Assembly: GCA_963667015.2 (NCBI GenBank)
Contig: CAXXJJ010000003.1
Span: 129,728 to 193,727, forward strand
Length of the DNA stretch: 64,000 nt
Source of the DNA: Desulfatiglandales bacterium
Lineage (GTDB): Bacteria > Desulfobacterota > DSM-4660 > Desulfatiglandales > HGW-15
Direction of reading: 5' to 3'
Part shown: positions 1-9,663 of the stretch, piece by piece
How positions within the stretch are numbered: position 1 is the stretch's first letter
How the letters are laid out: every line of letters begins with the position of its first letter
Translations under genes and position numbers: made by a program
Notes under the pieces: generated by a model
The model's database searches: none
The model's input: the letters and a program-made list of their open reading frames with translations, nothing else
Told to the model about the DNA's origin: nothing

Positions 1-318
1 CTGTACTGGGCGCATAAGGTTCCTGAATCGAGCCGTCAGCTAAAACATGTCCACCCCATGGGAAGAAAGGAAAATCCCCTTATGGGAATTTTATCAACAT
101 GCAGTCCTGCAAGACCCAACCCGGTGTTGATGACTGTTGTTAAGCTGGATAAAAGAGAGGGAAATGTCCTTTATGTCCAGGGCCTGGATGCAGTGGACCA
201 GAGTTCTGTAATAGATATCAAACCATATGTAATGGAGTTTTTTCCGAGGAAAGACGTGAGTATTGCCGGCTGGATGCGGAAGATCCAGGACGAGATGGAT
301 TCCGGTTTAAATGAATAA
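1..318 (+). CDS. trmO: TrmO/TsaA (YaeB, UPF0066) family SAM-binding protein, 5' end outside window
   Basis: Frame open from base 1 (LYWAHKV...HPMG); motifs GILSTCSPARPNPV, LYVQGLDAVD, VIDIKPY. Confidence 0.8.
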   Translation: MYWAHKVPESSRQLKHVHPMGRKENPLMGILSTCSPARPNPVLMTVVKLDKREGNVLYVQGLDAVDQSSVIDIKPYVMEFFPRKDVSIAGWMRKIQDEMDSGLNE

Positions 319-448
319 CCTGTCAATAGTAACTATGATAATAAAACAGTTACAGCCATTTCGGAATGATCCTGTGATTGGATTCACTTCTATTAACATG
401 CCGCATCCTTCGGATGCTTTTTAAAGAAATTAATCGTTTGAAAAAAAA

Positions 449-728
449 TCCCCTCCCTGAAAGGGAGGGGAAAGGGAAGGGCCAGGCAATAAAAAGAGGT
501 GGACTTTTAGTTGCCTCTAAAATTCGACCCTCCCCGGGTTTAGCCCGCCGGACTTTTCATCCTCAGCAGTAAAAACTGTTTCGGACGCCGTCAGCAATAA
601 CCTGTAACTCAGGACGGAGAAGTGAGTCACTGAATCTTCGGCTTTACTAAAGCTTCAGTCTCCGCTAAAGCAACGCCCTGACAGGATGCCGGGACAAGAC
701 GAACCGGCAGGCAAGGGAGAGGGGGCTG
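449..728. repeat. Composite GC-rich palindromic (REP-like) intergenic element
   Basis: CCCCTCCC-TGAAA-GGGAGGGG hairpin, CTAAAGC units and a GGGAGAGGGGG end, between convergent genes. Confidence 0.4.
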
Positions 729-760
729 AGATGAAAGGCTGTACATGATTCTTTAGACTT

Positions 761-1573
761 CTATTCCACCTCAAATGTAAGTGTTGCGGAATATTTCTCT
801 TCCATACAGTCTTCACGCAGTGATTCCTTTGCCGGTTTTCGTACTACAGCCCTTACAAGCCACTGCCCTGGACTGAGCAGACGGATAGTTGATATGCCAT
901 CGGATCCTGTTTTATTTGAGAATGCATAGTCTTCCTCATTGGAAAATCCTACATATGTGGCACTGATATCACAGAAGCTCGCAGGCTTGCCGCCATGGAG
1001 GATCTTTATTTTAAGTGTATCTCCTGTTTTTTTGAGATAGGGATTTTCAAGAGGGATGATCTCGATGTTATGCCCAACAGGTTTTGAATATGAGTCTGTA
1101 TCAGTATCTCCAACATTAATAAGGGTCTTTGCATAATTTTCGTAATAAAGGCTTAAAACAACATTATCAAGCCCTTTCATTGATCCCATTATATGGTGGA
1201 GCCGATCCTTGTCATAATACATGGTGTAATAGCCGGATCTTGTTACTGCCGTTACAATGTTTGCCCCGGGCTTTTTTATAATTACTGGTGTTGCCTTGAA
1301 CCCTCCTTCTCCCGGTTTGATATCCACTGTCTTTCCGTCTTCGCCTACAAGTTTGAGCTCTGTTAGCCTGTTATCACCAAGAAAATCATGGACAGGCAGC
1401 TTGTGTCCAAAACCGAAATATATTTTGGTTTGTGCACCGGTTTTTTCATTTAATAAAGGTTTATAATCAACAGAATTAATCCAGAAATTATGGGCAAATG
1501 CCGTTTGCGGAATGCATGATAAAATAAAAAATAATATAAAGGTCATTATTGACGATTTTAATGAATTAGCCAT
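761..1573 (-). CDS. DUF4198 family exported protein (Ni/Co uptake-associated)
   Basis: Signal peptide ending AFA-HNFW; GFGH, YAKTLI, IEIIPLENPY, GQWLVRA, YSATLTFEV motifs. Confidence 0.85.
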   Translation of the reverse strand: MANSLKSSIMTFILFFILSCIPQTAFAHNFWINSVDYKPLLNEKTGAQTKIYFGFGHKLPVHDFLGDNRLTELKLVGEDGKTVDIKPGEGGFKATPVIIKKPGANIVTAVTRSGYYTMYYDKDRLHHIMGSMKGLDNVVLSLYYENYAKTLINVGDTDTDSYSKPVGHNIEIIPLENPYLKKTGDTLKIKILHGGKPASFCDISATYVGFSNEEDYAFSNKTGSDGISTIRLLSPGQWLVRAVVRKPAKESLREDCMEEKYSATLTFEVE

Positions 1574-1677
1574 TTATTCCTCCATTTATATAATTTTGAA
1601 TGATTTTCCAATTAATATCGAACAAAATCTTTAACTAAAACATGATAAATAGTGTTTTAGCTCAGAGATATGTTCAT

Positions 1678-1722
1678 AAAAAAAGGCATAACCCGGAATT
1701 TGACTAAACCGAGTTATGCCTT
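1678..1722 (-). terminator. Terminator/attenuator-like hairpin in the DUF4198 leader
   Basis: Minus strand AAGGCATAACTCGG-loop-CCGGGTTATGCCTT running into a T tract, about 105 bp upstream of the start codon. Confidence 0.6.
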
Positions 1723-1735
1723 CACTTTTTTAGAC

Positions 1736-1762
1736 CCGTTACCGGTGATAAAACCGTAAAGC
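1736..1762. promoter_or_regulatory. Candidate NikR-type operator
   Basis: CCGTTAC-N13-GTAAAGC inverted repeat upstream of a DUF4198 gene. Confidence 0.45.
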
Positions 1763-1896
1763 ATACCTTTTTATCTATACTTACTGCTTGAAAAAAAGAT
1801 TTTCAGATAGCAAAGTAAGGTTGACTAAATTAAATAGAAATCTCTAATTAAACTAATCGACTAATCATGTCAAGTTTTTCTTTTTTATAAAAAAAC

Positions 1897-1950
1897 TTGA
1901 CATGATTTGATATAGGCCTTATAAAAATAAATTATTAGATCTTTCTAATA
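1897..1950 (+). promoter_or_regulatory. Sigma70 promoter of the dtxR-like gene with downstream operator
   Basis: TTGACA (1897)-17 bp-TATAAA (1920); TATTAG-ATCTTT-CTAATA at 1933-1950. Confidence 0.7.
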
Positions 1951-1980
1951 AAATTAAGAGCCTTAAAAATGGAGGTTCAA

Positions 1981-2499
1981 ATGGACGATATACAGATTAC
2001 ATCAACAATGGAGGATTACCTTGAAACCATCTTTCAGCTCAATAGAGAAAAAGGTGCCATCAGGGTAAAAAACATCGCCAAAAAAATGGGAGTTAAGATG
2101 CCTACGGTAACTAATATGCTCAAAACTCTCAATGATAAAGGCCTTATTGATTACGAAAAACATGAATATCTTGAATTGACCAGGGCGGGGCTCAAGGTAG
2201 GTAAAGAGATAGAAAGAAGACATAATGCAATAAGGAGTTTTCTTACTGAAATATTAAAACTGGACCCTGTTTCAGCTGATGAAGAGGCCTGTAAAATGGA
2301 ACATGGTATGAGTTCCGAAACACTTGTTCGTCTTATCAAGTTTATTGAATTTGTACAATCATGTCCCAGAACAGGTGAAAGCTGGTTAAATTATTTTGAA
2401 GATTATTGCCGTAATGGAATAAAGCCAGAAAAGTGTGAAGAACATATGAAGGATTTTAAGATGAGCTGTGACGCATGCATTGCTGAGGTCAAACAGTAA
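1981..2499 (+). CDS. DtxR/IdeR/MntR family metal-dependent repressor with Cys-rich C-terminal tail
   Basis: MEDYLETIF, PTVTNMLKTL HTH, RRH, EACKMEH; GGAGG RBS before ATG 1981. Confidence 0.92.
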   Translation: MDDIQITSTMEDYLETIFQLNREKGAIRVKNIAKKMGVKMPTVTNMLKTLNDKGLIDYEKHEYLELTRAGLKVGKEIERRHNAIRSFLTEILKLDPVSADEEACKMEHGMSSETLVRLIKFIEFVQSCPRTGESWLNYFEDYCRNGIKPEKCEEHMKDFKMSCDACIAEVKQ

Positions 2500-2517
2500 A
2501 TTTTTTTATTTAATGAG

Positions 2518-2531
2518 TTAGATTAATCTAA
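2518..2531. promoter_or_regulatory. DtxR-type operator
   Basis: Perfect palindrome TTAGATTAATCTAA just upstream of ORF 2543. Confidence 0.65.
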
Positions 2532-2542
2532 TAGGATTAGTT

Positions 2543-2839
2543 ATGCCTAAAGAAATACTGGATAAAAATGAAATATTGATAAGCCTGCATAACCGTACCG
2601 AAGAACTGCATAAACGAATGGATGTACAGTGTGCCCTTATGGAGGATTTTATCAACAGCGGTTTTTTTAAAAAAAATTATCCTGCGGAAAAGAATCCGCA
2701 GAATAATGAAAGAGAAAAAAAACTGGTAAATGCCCTGAAAGATACTATAGAAACCCTGGAGCAGACAAAAAAATCATTTAAATCAAAAAGACTGGAACAT
2801 TTACGGAAAAGACTGACTGATGTCTTGATAGGGCAATAA
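2543..2839 (+). CDS. Small helical hypothetical protein in the feo operon
   Basis: 98-aa ORF between regulator and feoB; amphipathic C-terminus LKDTIETLEQTKKSFKSKRLEHLRKRL. Confidence 0.7.
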   Translation: MPKEILDKNEILISLHNRTEELHKRMDVQCALMEDFINSGFFKKNYPAEKNPQNNEREKKLVNALKDTIETLEQTKKSFKSKRLEHLRKRLTDVLIGQ

Positions 2840-2967
2840 TTTTTTATATAACCTAAAATAATAACCATAAATATGGTTATTTAGGAATGTTTTACATCCT
2901 TTGGCCGACAGGCGCAAAGGAAGTGAAGGCAAAACTAAAGGCGGAAAAAGCCTTAAGGAGTTAAAGA

Positions 2968-5286
2968 ATGAGCACCATAACAATCGGCCTCACCGGGAAT
3001 CCCAATTGTGGAAAAACCACGTTGTTTAACTGTCTTACCGGAGCCAAGCAACGGGTGGGAAACTGGCCTGGCGTTACTGTTGAGCGAAAGACAGGTAATT
3101 ATAAACATAAGGGTATAAATATAGAGGTTGTGGACCTTCCCGGGATTTATTCCCTTTCAGCAACATCACTCGATGAAAAGATATCCAGGGACTTTGTTAT
3201 TTCAGGACAGCCTGATCTAATCCTGAACATAGTGGATGCTTCAAATCTTGAAAGGAATCTGTACCTGACGGTTCAGCTCCTGGAAATGAAAGTGCCTGTT
3301 ATCATAGCCTTAAATATGATGGATATAGCGGAACAGAAAAAAATAAAGATTGATGTGGATAAACTTTCAGATGCTCTGGGGTGTTCTGTTGTGCCGATTG
3401 TGGCAAGGGAAGGAAAAGCTGTTGATGAATTAAAGGATCAAATTTTAGCGGGTTCAAAAAATAAGGCAAAAACAGATATAAAAATCCGCTATTCGGAAGA
3501 GATGGAAAAGTTTATTGATCTTATTATTCCAGCTGTTTCTGAAAAGGCACGTGCAAAGGGCCTTGACCCCAGATGGATTGCCCTGAAGCTGATTGAAGAA
3601 GATGAGATGGTTTTAAGTTTAGTTGGTGATGACGTTGATAAAATATTTATGGACGCGGATAAGAATCTTTCCGTGGTTATGGAGGATGATCCTGATATTC
3701 TCATAGCAGACGGCCGCTATGGCTTTATAAACTGTGTTTGCCATGACGCTGTTGAAAAAAAATATGAAATAAGGCGAACAGTCTCCGATGCCATTGATAA
3801 TGTATTATTAAACCGGATACTGGGTATTCCCATCTTCCTTTTGGCAATGTATCTGACATTCATGATCACTATAAATGTCGGAGGATGTTTTATTGATTTT
3901 TTTGATATACTTTTTGGCGCGGTGTTCGTGGACGGGTTTACATACCTCCTTGAAGCGATCAATTTTCCTGAATGGCTTGTTACCTTTCTTGCCGGAGGGA
4001 TAGGCGGCGGTATACAGACCATGTCCACCTTTATTCCGCCAATAGGATTCATGTTTCTCTGCCTGGCAGTACTTGAGGATTCGGGATACATGTCCAGGGC
4101 GGCCTTTGTAATGGACAGGTTTATGAGCTATATAGGCCTGCCCGGAAAATCTTTTGTTCCCCTGCTTGTGGGTTTCGGATGTAATGTTCCTGCCATAATG
4201 GCTACAAGGACCCTTGATAATGAAAGGGACAGGATATTAACCATTATGCTAAATCCCTTTATGTCCTGCGGTGCCCGGTTACCTATTTATGCCCTGTTTG
4301 CAGCAGCATTTTTCCAGAAGTCAGGAAGCCTGCTGGTTTTTGGCCTCTATATCGCCGGTATACTGCTGGCGGTTGTTACAGGCCTGATTTTGAAAAGCAC
4401 TGTTTTAAAAGGAGAGATTGGTCATTTTATTATGGAACTGCCCTCCTACCATCTGCCCACAGTCAGGGGTGTCCTATACCATGCCTATGGAAGATTAAAG
4501 AGTTTCATGTTCAGTGCGGGAAGGGTTTTGATACCTCTCTTTATAATACTTGCCTTTTTAAACTCCATGGGTACAGACGGGACCTTCGGAAATGAAGACA
4601 GTAAAAAATCAATACTCAGTGCAGGGGGGCGTGCTATTACACCCCTGTTTGAACCAATGGGTATTACTGAAGATAACTGGCCTGCAACAGTAGGAATATT
4701 TACTGGAGTATTAGCCAAGGAGGCGGTGGTTGGAACTCTTGATGCCCTGTATACATCCATAGCAGATGATGAAAGCGGGGAAGGGGGTGAATTTGATTTC
4801 CCTGCCAGTGTAAAAGAAGCTTTTTTATCAATACCTGCCGCATTTTCCGAGCTTGGAGGAGCTGTAGTTAATCCTCTCGGAATAAGCGCAGGTGAAACGG
4901 GTGATCTTCAGGAAGCCGCGGAAGAGCAAGAGGTCAGGGTTAAAACATTTGGTGTAATGTTGAAAAGTTTTGACGGAAAGATCGGAGCTATAGCATATCT
5001 CCTGTTCATTCTCATTTATTTCCCATGCCTGGCTGCAATGACTGCAATATACAGAGAAACAAATCTCAGGTGGACATTATTTGCCGGCATATATTTAACC
5101 GGCCTGGCATGGATAGTGGCAACACTCTTTTATCAGCTGGGTACCTTTTCAAAACATCCGGGAACATCCATGATATGGGTGGCGATCCTGGTTAGTGTTT
5201 TTATAGCTTTTATTATGGGAATGAAGAGAGCGGCACGAAAAATTCCGCCAAGGGCAGGCCATGCCGGTGCCATGCAGGCGGTGTAG
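2968..5286 (+). CDS. feoB: Ferrous iron transporter B
   Basis: GNPNCGKT, VGNWPGVTVE, DLPGIYSL, NMMD, GFGCNVPA, PFMSCGARL. Confidence 0.97.
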   Translation: MSTITIGLTGNPNCGKTTLFNCLTGAKQRVGNWPGVTVERKTGNYKHKGINIEVVDLPGIYSLSATSLDEKISRDFVISGQPDLILNIVDASNLERNLYLTVQLLEMKVPVIIALNMMDIAEQKKIKIDVDKLSDALGCSVVPIVAREGKAVDELKDQILAGSKNKAKTDIKIRYSEEMEKFIDLIIPAVSEKARAKGLDPRWIALKLIEEDEMVLSLVGDDVDKIFMDADKNLSVVMEDDPDILIADGRYGFINCVCHDAVEKKYEIRRTVSDAIDNVLLNRILGIPIFLLAMYLTFMITINVGGCFIDFFDILFGAVFVDGFTYLLEAINFPEWLVTFLAGGIGGGIQTMSTFIPPIGFMFLCLAVLEDSGYMSRAAFVMDRFMSYIGLPGKSFVPLLVGFGCNVPAIMATRTLDNERDRILTIMLNPFMSCGARLPIYALFAAAFFQKSGSLLVFGLYIAGILLAVVTGLILKSTVLKGEIGHFIMELPSYHLPTVRGVLYHAYGRLKSFMFSAGRVLIPLFIILAFLNSMGTDGTFGNEDSKKSILSAGGRAITPLFEPMGITEDNWPATVGIFTGVLAKEAVVGTLDALYTSIADDESGEGGEFDFPASVKEAFLSIPAAFSELGGAVVNPLGISAGETGDLQEAAEEQEVRVKTFGVMLKSFDGKIGAIAYLLFILIYFPCLAAMTAIYRETNLRWTLFAGIYLTGLAWIVATLFYQLGTFSKHPGTSMIWVAILVSVFIAFIMGMKRAARKIPPRAGHAGAMQAV

Positions 5287-5333
5287 GGATTTTTTTGAAA
5301 GGGTGAATGAAACTTGAAACAGGAGAAAACACA

Positions 5334-5564
5334 ATGATACTTACTGAAATTAAAAAATATTTGATCGAGAACAGGGTAGCTTCATTAACCGATCTTTCAG
5401 TACGGTTTGATGTTGATACTAATGCAATGCGAGGCATGCTGGATCAGTGGATAAAAAAAGGCAGGTTGAAAAAACTCCCAATGGGTACAAAATGCTCACA
5501 CTGTTGCGGAGAATGTGATTCAGAGAATCTGGAAATTTATGAATGGATTGAAAAGGAAGTTTAA
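5334..5564 (+). CDS. feoC: FeoC-like winged-helix protein
   Basis: MILTEIKKYL...AMRGMLDQWIKKG, CSHCCGEC, EIYEW; AGGAG RBS. Confidence 0.85.
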   Translation: MILTEIKKYLIENRVASLTDLSVRFDVDTNAMRGMLDQWIKKGRLKKLPMGTKCSHCCGECDSENLEIYEWIEKEV

Positions 5565-5566
5565 TT

Positions 5567-5854
5567 ATGTTCCAAAATAAAATGAGAATAAATGGGATAT
5601 GTAAAAAATGTCCCTTAACCAACTCTTCCTATACACCCCTTTCACAGGCAAGACCGGGTGTGAAACTTATTATTATGGAAATGAGGGCAGGAAGGTCAGC
5701 CCATTTAAAGTTGACCTCTCTCGGTTTGCATCCGGGAGACGCTATTGAAATAATCAACAGTAATTATGGGAAGCTTGTTGTTGCCCATAACAATACACGT
5801 ATTGCCCTTGGAAGGGGAATAGCTGAAAAGATTATGGTAGATTTTGAAAGGTAA
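5567..5854 (+). CDS. feoA: Ferrous iron transport protein A
   Basis: PLSQARPG...KLTSLGLHPG...RIALGRGIAEKIMV. Confidence 0.9.
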   Translation: MFQNKMRINGICKKCPLTNSSYTPLSQARPGVKLIIMEMRAGRSAHLKLTSLGLHPGDAIEIINSNYGKLVVAHNNTRIALGRGIAEKIMVDFER

Positions 5855-6048
5855 TACATATAGGTGAAGTGTTAATTAAATTCAGTGAAAACCTTTGTTA
5901 ATTCAAACTCTCTCTATTTCCCTACACATGTTCGACGTCTTTCATACATGGCTCAAGCGTCAGCGGGCAATAGTGTTATATTAATAACCCATCTGGAGAA
6001 AAACTACAGTTATTTCCTGCCGTATGTTTTTATTGCATGTTGTTCCCA

Positions 6049-6288
6049 TTAGAAAGATTTAATTCTCATATGCACCATCGAACATATTCCAAGCATATCA
6101 GGTATAAGGAATATCAATTTTGTTATAAAAGGAAGTCCTTTATACATCCCCTTTGACATTGATACTGCACTTTTTACCTTTATCCTTTTGTCCCATGTTT
6201 CCAGGATTTTTACAGGTTTAAGTCCCCATCCGCCATCCATGGATATGCCCATGCCGCCCTTTTTTAACGCCCATCCATAAAGAGGCAA
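6049..6288 (-). pseudogene. Duplicated 3' fragment of the methyltransferase at 11367-12194
   Basis: 6061-6267 matches 11382-11588 with 2 mismatches in 207 bp. Confidence 0.85.
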
Positions 6289-6351
6289 ATTCTGGATGGA
6301 AACCAGCTAATAAATAAGCAATGGGTTGAGTGTTTCTGTCATAGACCCTGT

Positions 6352-7155
6352 TTATTTTAACCGAATATGAATGATTTTCATTCCTTTCCTAAATGTCGGA
6401 ATATTAGCCATTAGTTTTAAGATAAAAGGAAACCTGCTTTTATGTCTGTCAAAATAATACCATTCTTCGTTAAAACTGATGCCTTGCTTCCAGTTTTCTA
6501 AATCAGCACCAGTCTTAATTCCCCATTTGAATTGCGCATTATATTGGTTATCATCCGGATGTTTTTCCGTTCTTTTTGCAATCCAGGGTGACATGGCTTC
6601 AAAAAGCATCTCGGCTCCCGGAAAAGCTAATTCGATGTTCTTGAACAGTTCTTTTACCTCCTCTTCGGTGAAATACATGAGCAGGCCTTCGGCAAGAAAA
6701 AGGAGGGGATTGTCTTTGGGGATTATTTCCAGCCAGGAAAAATCCGTCACCGATTTCGGGATAAACTTGAATCGATCCGTTTCTTCAAAGAAGTTCTTCC
6801 TCAAGCTGATGGCCTCCGGCACATCCAGGTCGTACCACAGTACCGATCCGTTATCCAGCCGGTGAAAGCGGGTATCAAGTCCGCAGCCGAGGTTTACTAC
6901 TACGGCGCCGGGATGTGCTGCAAGAAAGCGGTTTGTCTGTTCATCCAGTATCTCAGTACAGACAGCTACGCCGATTTGAGAACCTTTGGACACTTCTTTT
7001 TTTTCTGGAAAATCATATTCAATCTGATCCAGTATTTCTATGGATTTAGGATCGGATATTATTCCGTTTTCATTCTTTGACTCCAGATACCTTGCCCGAA
7101 GAGGGATGAGCATTGTATCCGGCACCCCTGAAAGTTTTGCTTTTTCTCTTTCCAT
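6352..7155 (-). CDS. TcmP/LCM-family class I SAM-dependent (carboxyl) methyltransferase
   Basis: VPDTMLIPLRAR, VVNLGCGLDTR, WYDLDVPE, AEGLLMYF; GGAGA RBS. Confidence 0.88.
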   Translation of the reverse strand: MEREKAKLSGVPDTMLIPLRARYLESKNENGIISDPKSIEILDQIEYDFPEKKEVSKGSQIGVAVCTEILDEQTNRFLAAHPGAVVVNLGCGLDTRFHRLDNGSVLWYDLDVPEAISLRKNFFEETDRFKFIPKSVTDFSWLEIIPKDNPLLFLAEGLLMYFTEEEVKELFKNIELAFPGAEMLFEAMSPWIAKRTEKHPDDNQYNAQFKWGIKTGADLENWKQGISFNEEWYYFDRHKSRFPFILKLMANIPTFRKGMKIIHIRLK

Positions 7156-7262
7156 TATCGATTCTCCACGGTTTGTACATAGCAGTGCCCATCCTGATTT
7201 TTGTTCTTTCTGGATGGGCACTGCTAATCAAATATCTAAAAGAGGCTTGCCCCGTTTAACCA

Positions 7263-9287
7263 TTAAAAACGGGCAGCAAATGTGACTCCGAATTCAGCAG
7301 GCGGACTGTAAATAACGTACATGCCTTCATCGTAAGGCAGGTCGTATTCTTCATCCAAAATATTTTTCCCATAAAGATAAATATCGTAATGCTCTGTTTC
7401 GTAGCCAACTTTGACATTGATCAGGGCATATGCATCCCGTTTATATTCATTGGCCTTGTCGGTATACATATTTCCTGTTCCTACAACATCTGCCCCGTAG
7501 TAAAAACCTGATGAAACTCGGTATGTAGCGCCGATGTTGAAGGTGTAATCGGGAGTGTAGGGTCTCCTGTTTCCTTCATAGTTTCCAAGGGCATCACTGA
7601 AATCATCAAACCTGGCCTCGACATACCCAAAACCGGCAGTCATGATCAACCCATGCATCGGCTTATATATCGTTTCAATTTCAAAACCTTTACTCGATAC
7701 CTCGGCGGCATTGGTTGTATAATTAGAGGTTGTATTGACATACTCCTGTACCTGGGCATCGGTGATATCCATGTAAAATGCTGATACATTAAGGATCAAT
7801 CGGTTATTGAGTAAAGTGTTTTTGATGCCGATTTCATAGGACCAGAGTTTTTCCTCATCAAAACTCATGTACTGAGATTTGCCGGCATAGGCCGCATAAC
7901 TGTTAAATCCTCCGGGAAGATAGCCTTTGGAGACGGTGGCATAGGTCATCATCTCTTTACTCACTCGATACTCGGCGCCGATCTTCGGAGACACTTCGCT
8001 CCAGGTGTCTTCAAGGCTGATACCGTAACTGGGCTGGTTAAACTCTCGCTCCTGATAATCATATCGAATACCACCCAGAACTGAAAAATCACCAATCGGT
8101 ACATTTATATGAGAAAAAGCTGATCTGGAGGTCCCTTCATTCACGGCATCATCAATTGCCATTATCATCGACGGGTAAATTGAACTGGAACTGTACTTGT
8201 TCTCAATCTCGTCGGTATCGGTATAGATGCCGACAACCCACTTTATCGGTGTATTGGTTGAGCTGAGCCGAAGCTCTTCCGAATATCTTGTTGTTTCCAG
8301 CTGGCTTCGATAATGAAAATATTCGGGTTGGGCAAAGTCATAATCCTGAAGATTGTCAACAGAATACTTTCGATTGGAAGTAACCGAGGACAATTTTAAA
8401 GTGTCTGAAAGACGGTACTCCACTTTGAGGGTCAAAGCGGTCGTGTCGGTCTTATCATAGCCGTACAGGGTGGAAGAAACCACCCGGTCCCCGGGAGCTG
8501 AAAGTCCGTATTGAGAAGCTCCCAATTCGGTGAGGTTCATGTGCTGCTGGCCATTGTCATATTTGAGATAGGTACCGCTCAGTGTGATATCCAAATCACC
8601 GGTTGGTGTAAACCTCAGTTTTGCAGCCACATAGTCCTGTTTAAGGTCATCGATGGTATCGCCGGAGGTGTTTTCAAGCCACCCGTCTTTCTGTTCATGA
8701 AGAATCGACAAACCGGCATAAAATTTATCCTGGATAATCGGTCCGGAGAATGTTCCTTCAGCTTTTATCTTATTATCTATGCCAAGTTCCGCAGAAACCT
8801 GCCCCTGTGCTTCGCTATCCGGAGTGTGGGTAATGATATTGATAATACCTGCTTCAGAACCTTTGCCGTATAGTGTCCCCTGGGGTCCTTTCAATATTTC
8901 GATACGTTCAGCATCAATAAGCGCCTGCTCATATCCCATTCCATCCAGAATCGGCACCCCATCCACATAGAGTCCGACTGCAACAGTATGGGAATGTATT
9001 TCGGCAAACATGCCTCGCATGGATGGCATATTGTAACCGGAAGCACCTGCCTCTATAATTGTGAAATTTGGCGTGAAATTTGAGATATCGGAGATACCTT
9101 CCATTTTTAGGTCATTAACTTCATCGCCGCTAAAAACCGTAAGTGATCCGGATACTTCCTGTGTGTTTTCTTCAGTTTTGTTAGCGGTAACAGTCATGGT
9201 TTTGAGGGTTATGATCTCTTCCGCATGGGCACTGCTAAATAGACAAAACAATGCTGCAACCAATAGTGCCGTTATTTTGGTATTCAT
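7263..9287 (-). CDS. TonB-dependent siderophore-type receptor (FyuA-like)
   Basis: Signal peptide, MTVTANK TonB box, GLYVDGVP, ERIEILKGPQGTLYG, C-terminal Phe. Confidence 0.92.
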   Translation of the reverse strand: MNTKITALLVAALFCLFSSAHAEEIITLKTMTVTANKTEENTQEVSGSLTVFSGDEVNDLKMEGISDISNFTPNFTIIEAGASGYNMPSMRGMFAEIHSHTVAVGLYVDGVPILDGMGYEQALIDAERIEILKGPQGTLYGKGSEAGIINIITHTPDSEAQGQVSAELGIDNKIKAEGTFSGPIIQDKFYAGLSILHEQKDGWLENTSGDTIDDLKQDYVAAKLRFTPTGDLDITLSGTYLKYDNGQQHMNLTELGASQYGLSAPGDRVVSSTLYGYDKTDTTALTLKVEYRLSDTLKLSSVTSNRKYSVDNLQDYDFAQPEYFHYRSQLETTRYSEELRLSSTNTPIKWVVGIYTDTDEIENKYSSSSIYPSMIMAIDDAVNEGTSRSAFSHINVPIGDFSVLGGIRYDYQEREFNQPSYGISLEDTWSEVSPKIGAEYRVSKEMMTYATVSKGYLPGGFNSYAAYAGKSQYMSFDEEKLWSYEIGIKNTLLNNRLILNVSAFYMDITDAQVQEYVNTTSNYTTNAAEVSSKGFEIETIYKPMHGLIMTAGFGYVEARFDDFSDALGNYEGNRRPYTPDYTFNIGATYRVSSGFYYGADVVGTGNMYTDKANEYKRDAYALINVKVGYETEHYDIYLYGKNILDEEYDLPYDEGMYVIYSPPAEFGVTFAARF

Positions 9288-9570
9288 TCTTTTCTCCTCA
9301 TTTAATCCGTAATATTTAATTCGCTATTCAAAATCTTTTTATGAGATTTGATTAGCATCCACATAATAATTAATCCTCATATACAAAATAAAAATTGTAA
9401 TATGATTTTCTGTTTATAGAGGTTCTCGGTTGGAAAGGCTAACGGTGGATTATATTTTTTTAACATCTGCTGATATTTTTTTCGACGTTTGTTTATGAAT
9501 GGTTTTCGGATAATCAACCGGATATTTAATTAAGTGGTTTGTGAAAAGCTATATGGTAGATAACTATTAT

Positions 9571-9592
9571 ATTATTAGACTAGCCTAATAAT
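9571..9592. promoter_or_regulatory. DtxR-type operator
   Basis: ATTATTAG-ACTAGC-CTAATAAT next to TTGACT (9597), between the divergent receptor and AraC genes. Confidence 0.7.
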
Positions 9593-9663
9593 TATCTTGA
9601 CTTTTTTACACTCCAAATATACTTGTAAAAACAAAGTTTTTTATTGATTAAAAGGAGAGGGGT

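Noticed and set aside
378..572. 64-aa ORF in the first intergenic region
   Set aside because: Overlaps GC-rich palindromes; no RBS or protein motif
2852..2955. Hairpin and GGCAAAAC segment before feoB as a possible riboswitch
   Set aside because: Only an AT-rich stem; no recognisable c-di-GMP or other aptamer core
9290..9660. Cobalamin riboswitch or AraC box upstream of the TonB receptors (also 23480-23730, 28790-29000)
   Set aside because: No B12-box seen and no shared AraC-type motif could be defined by eye
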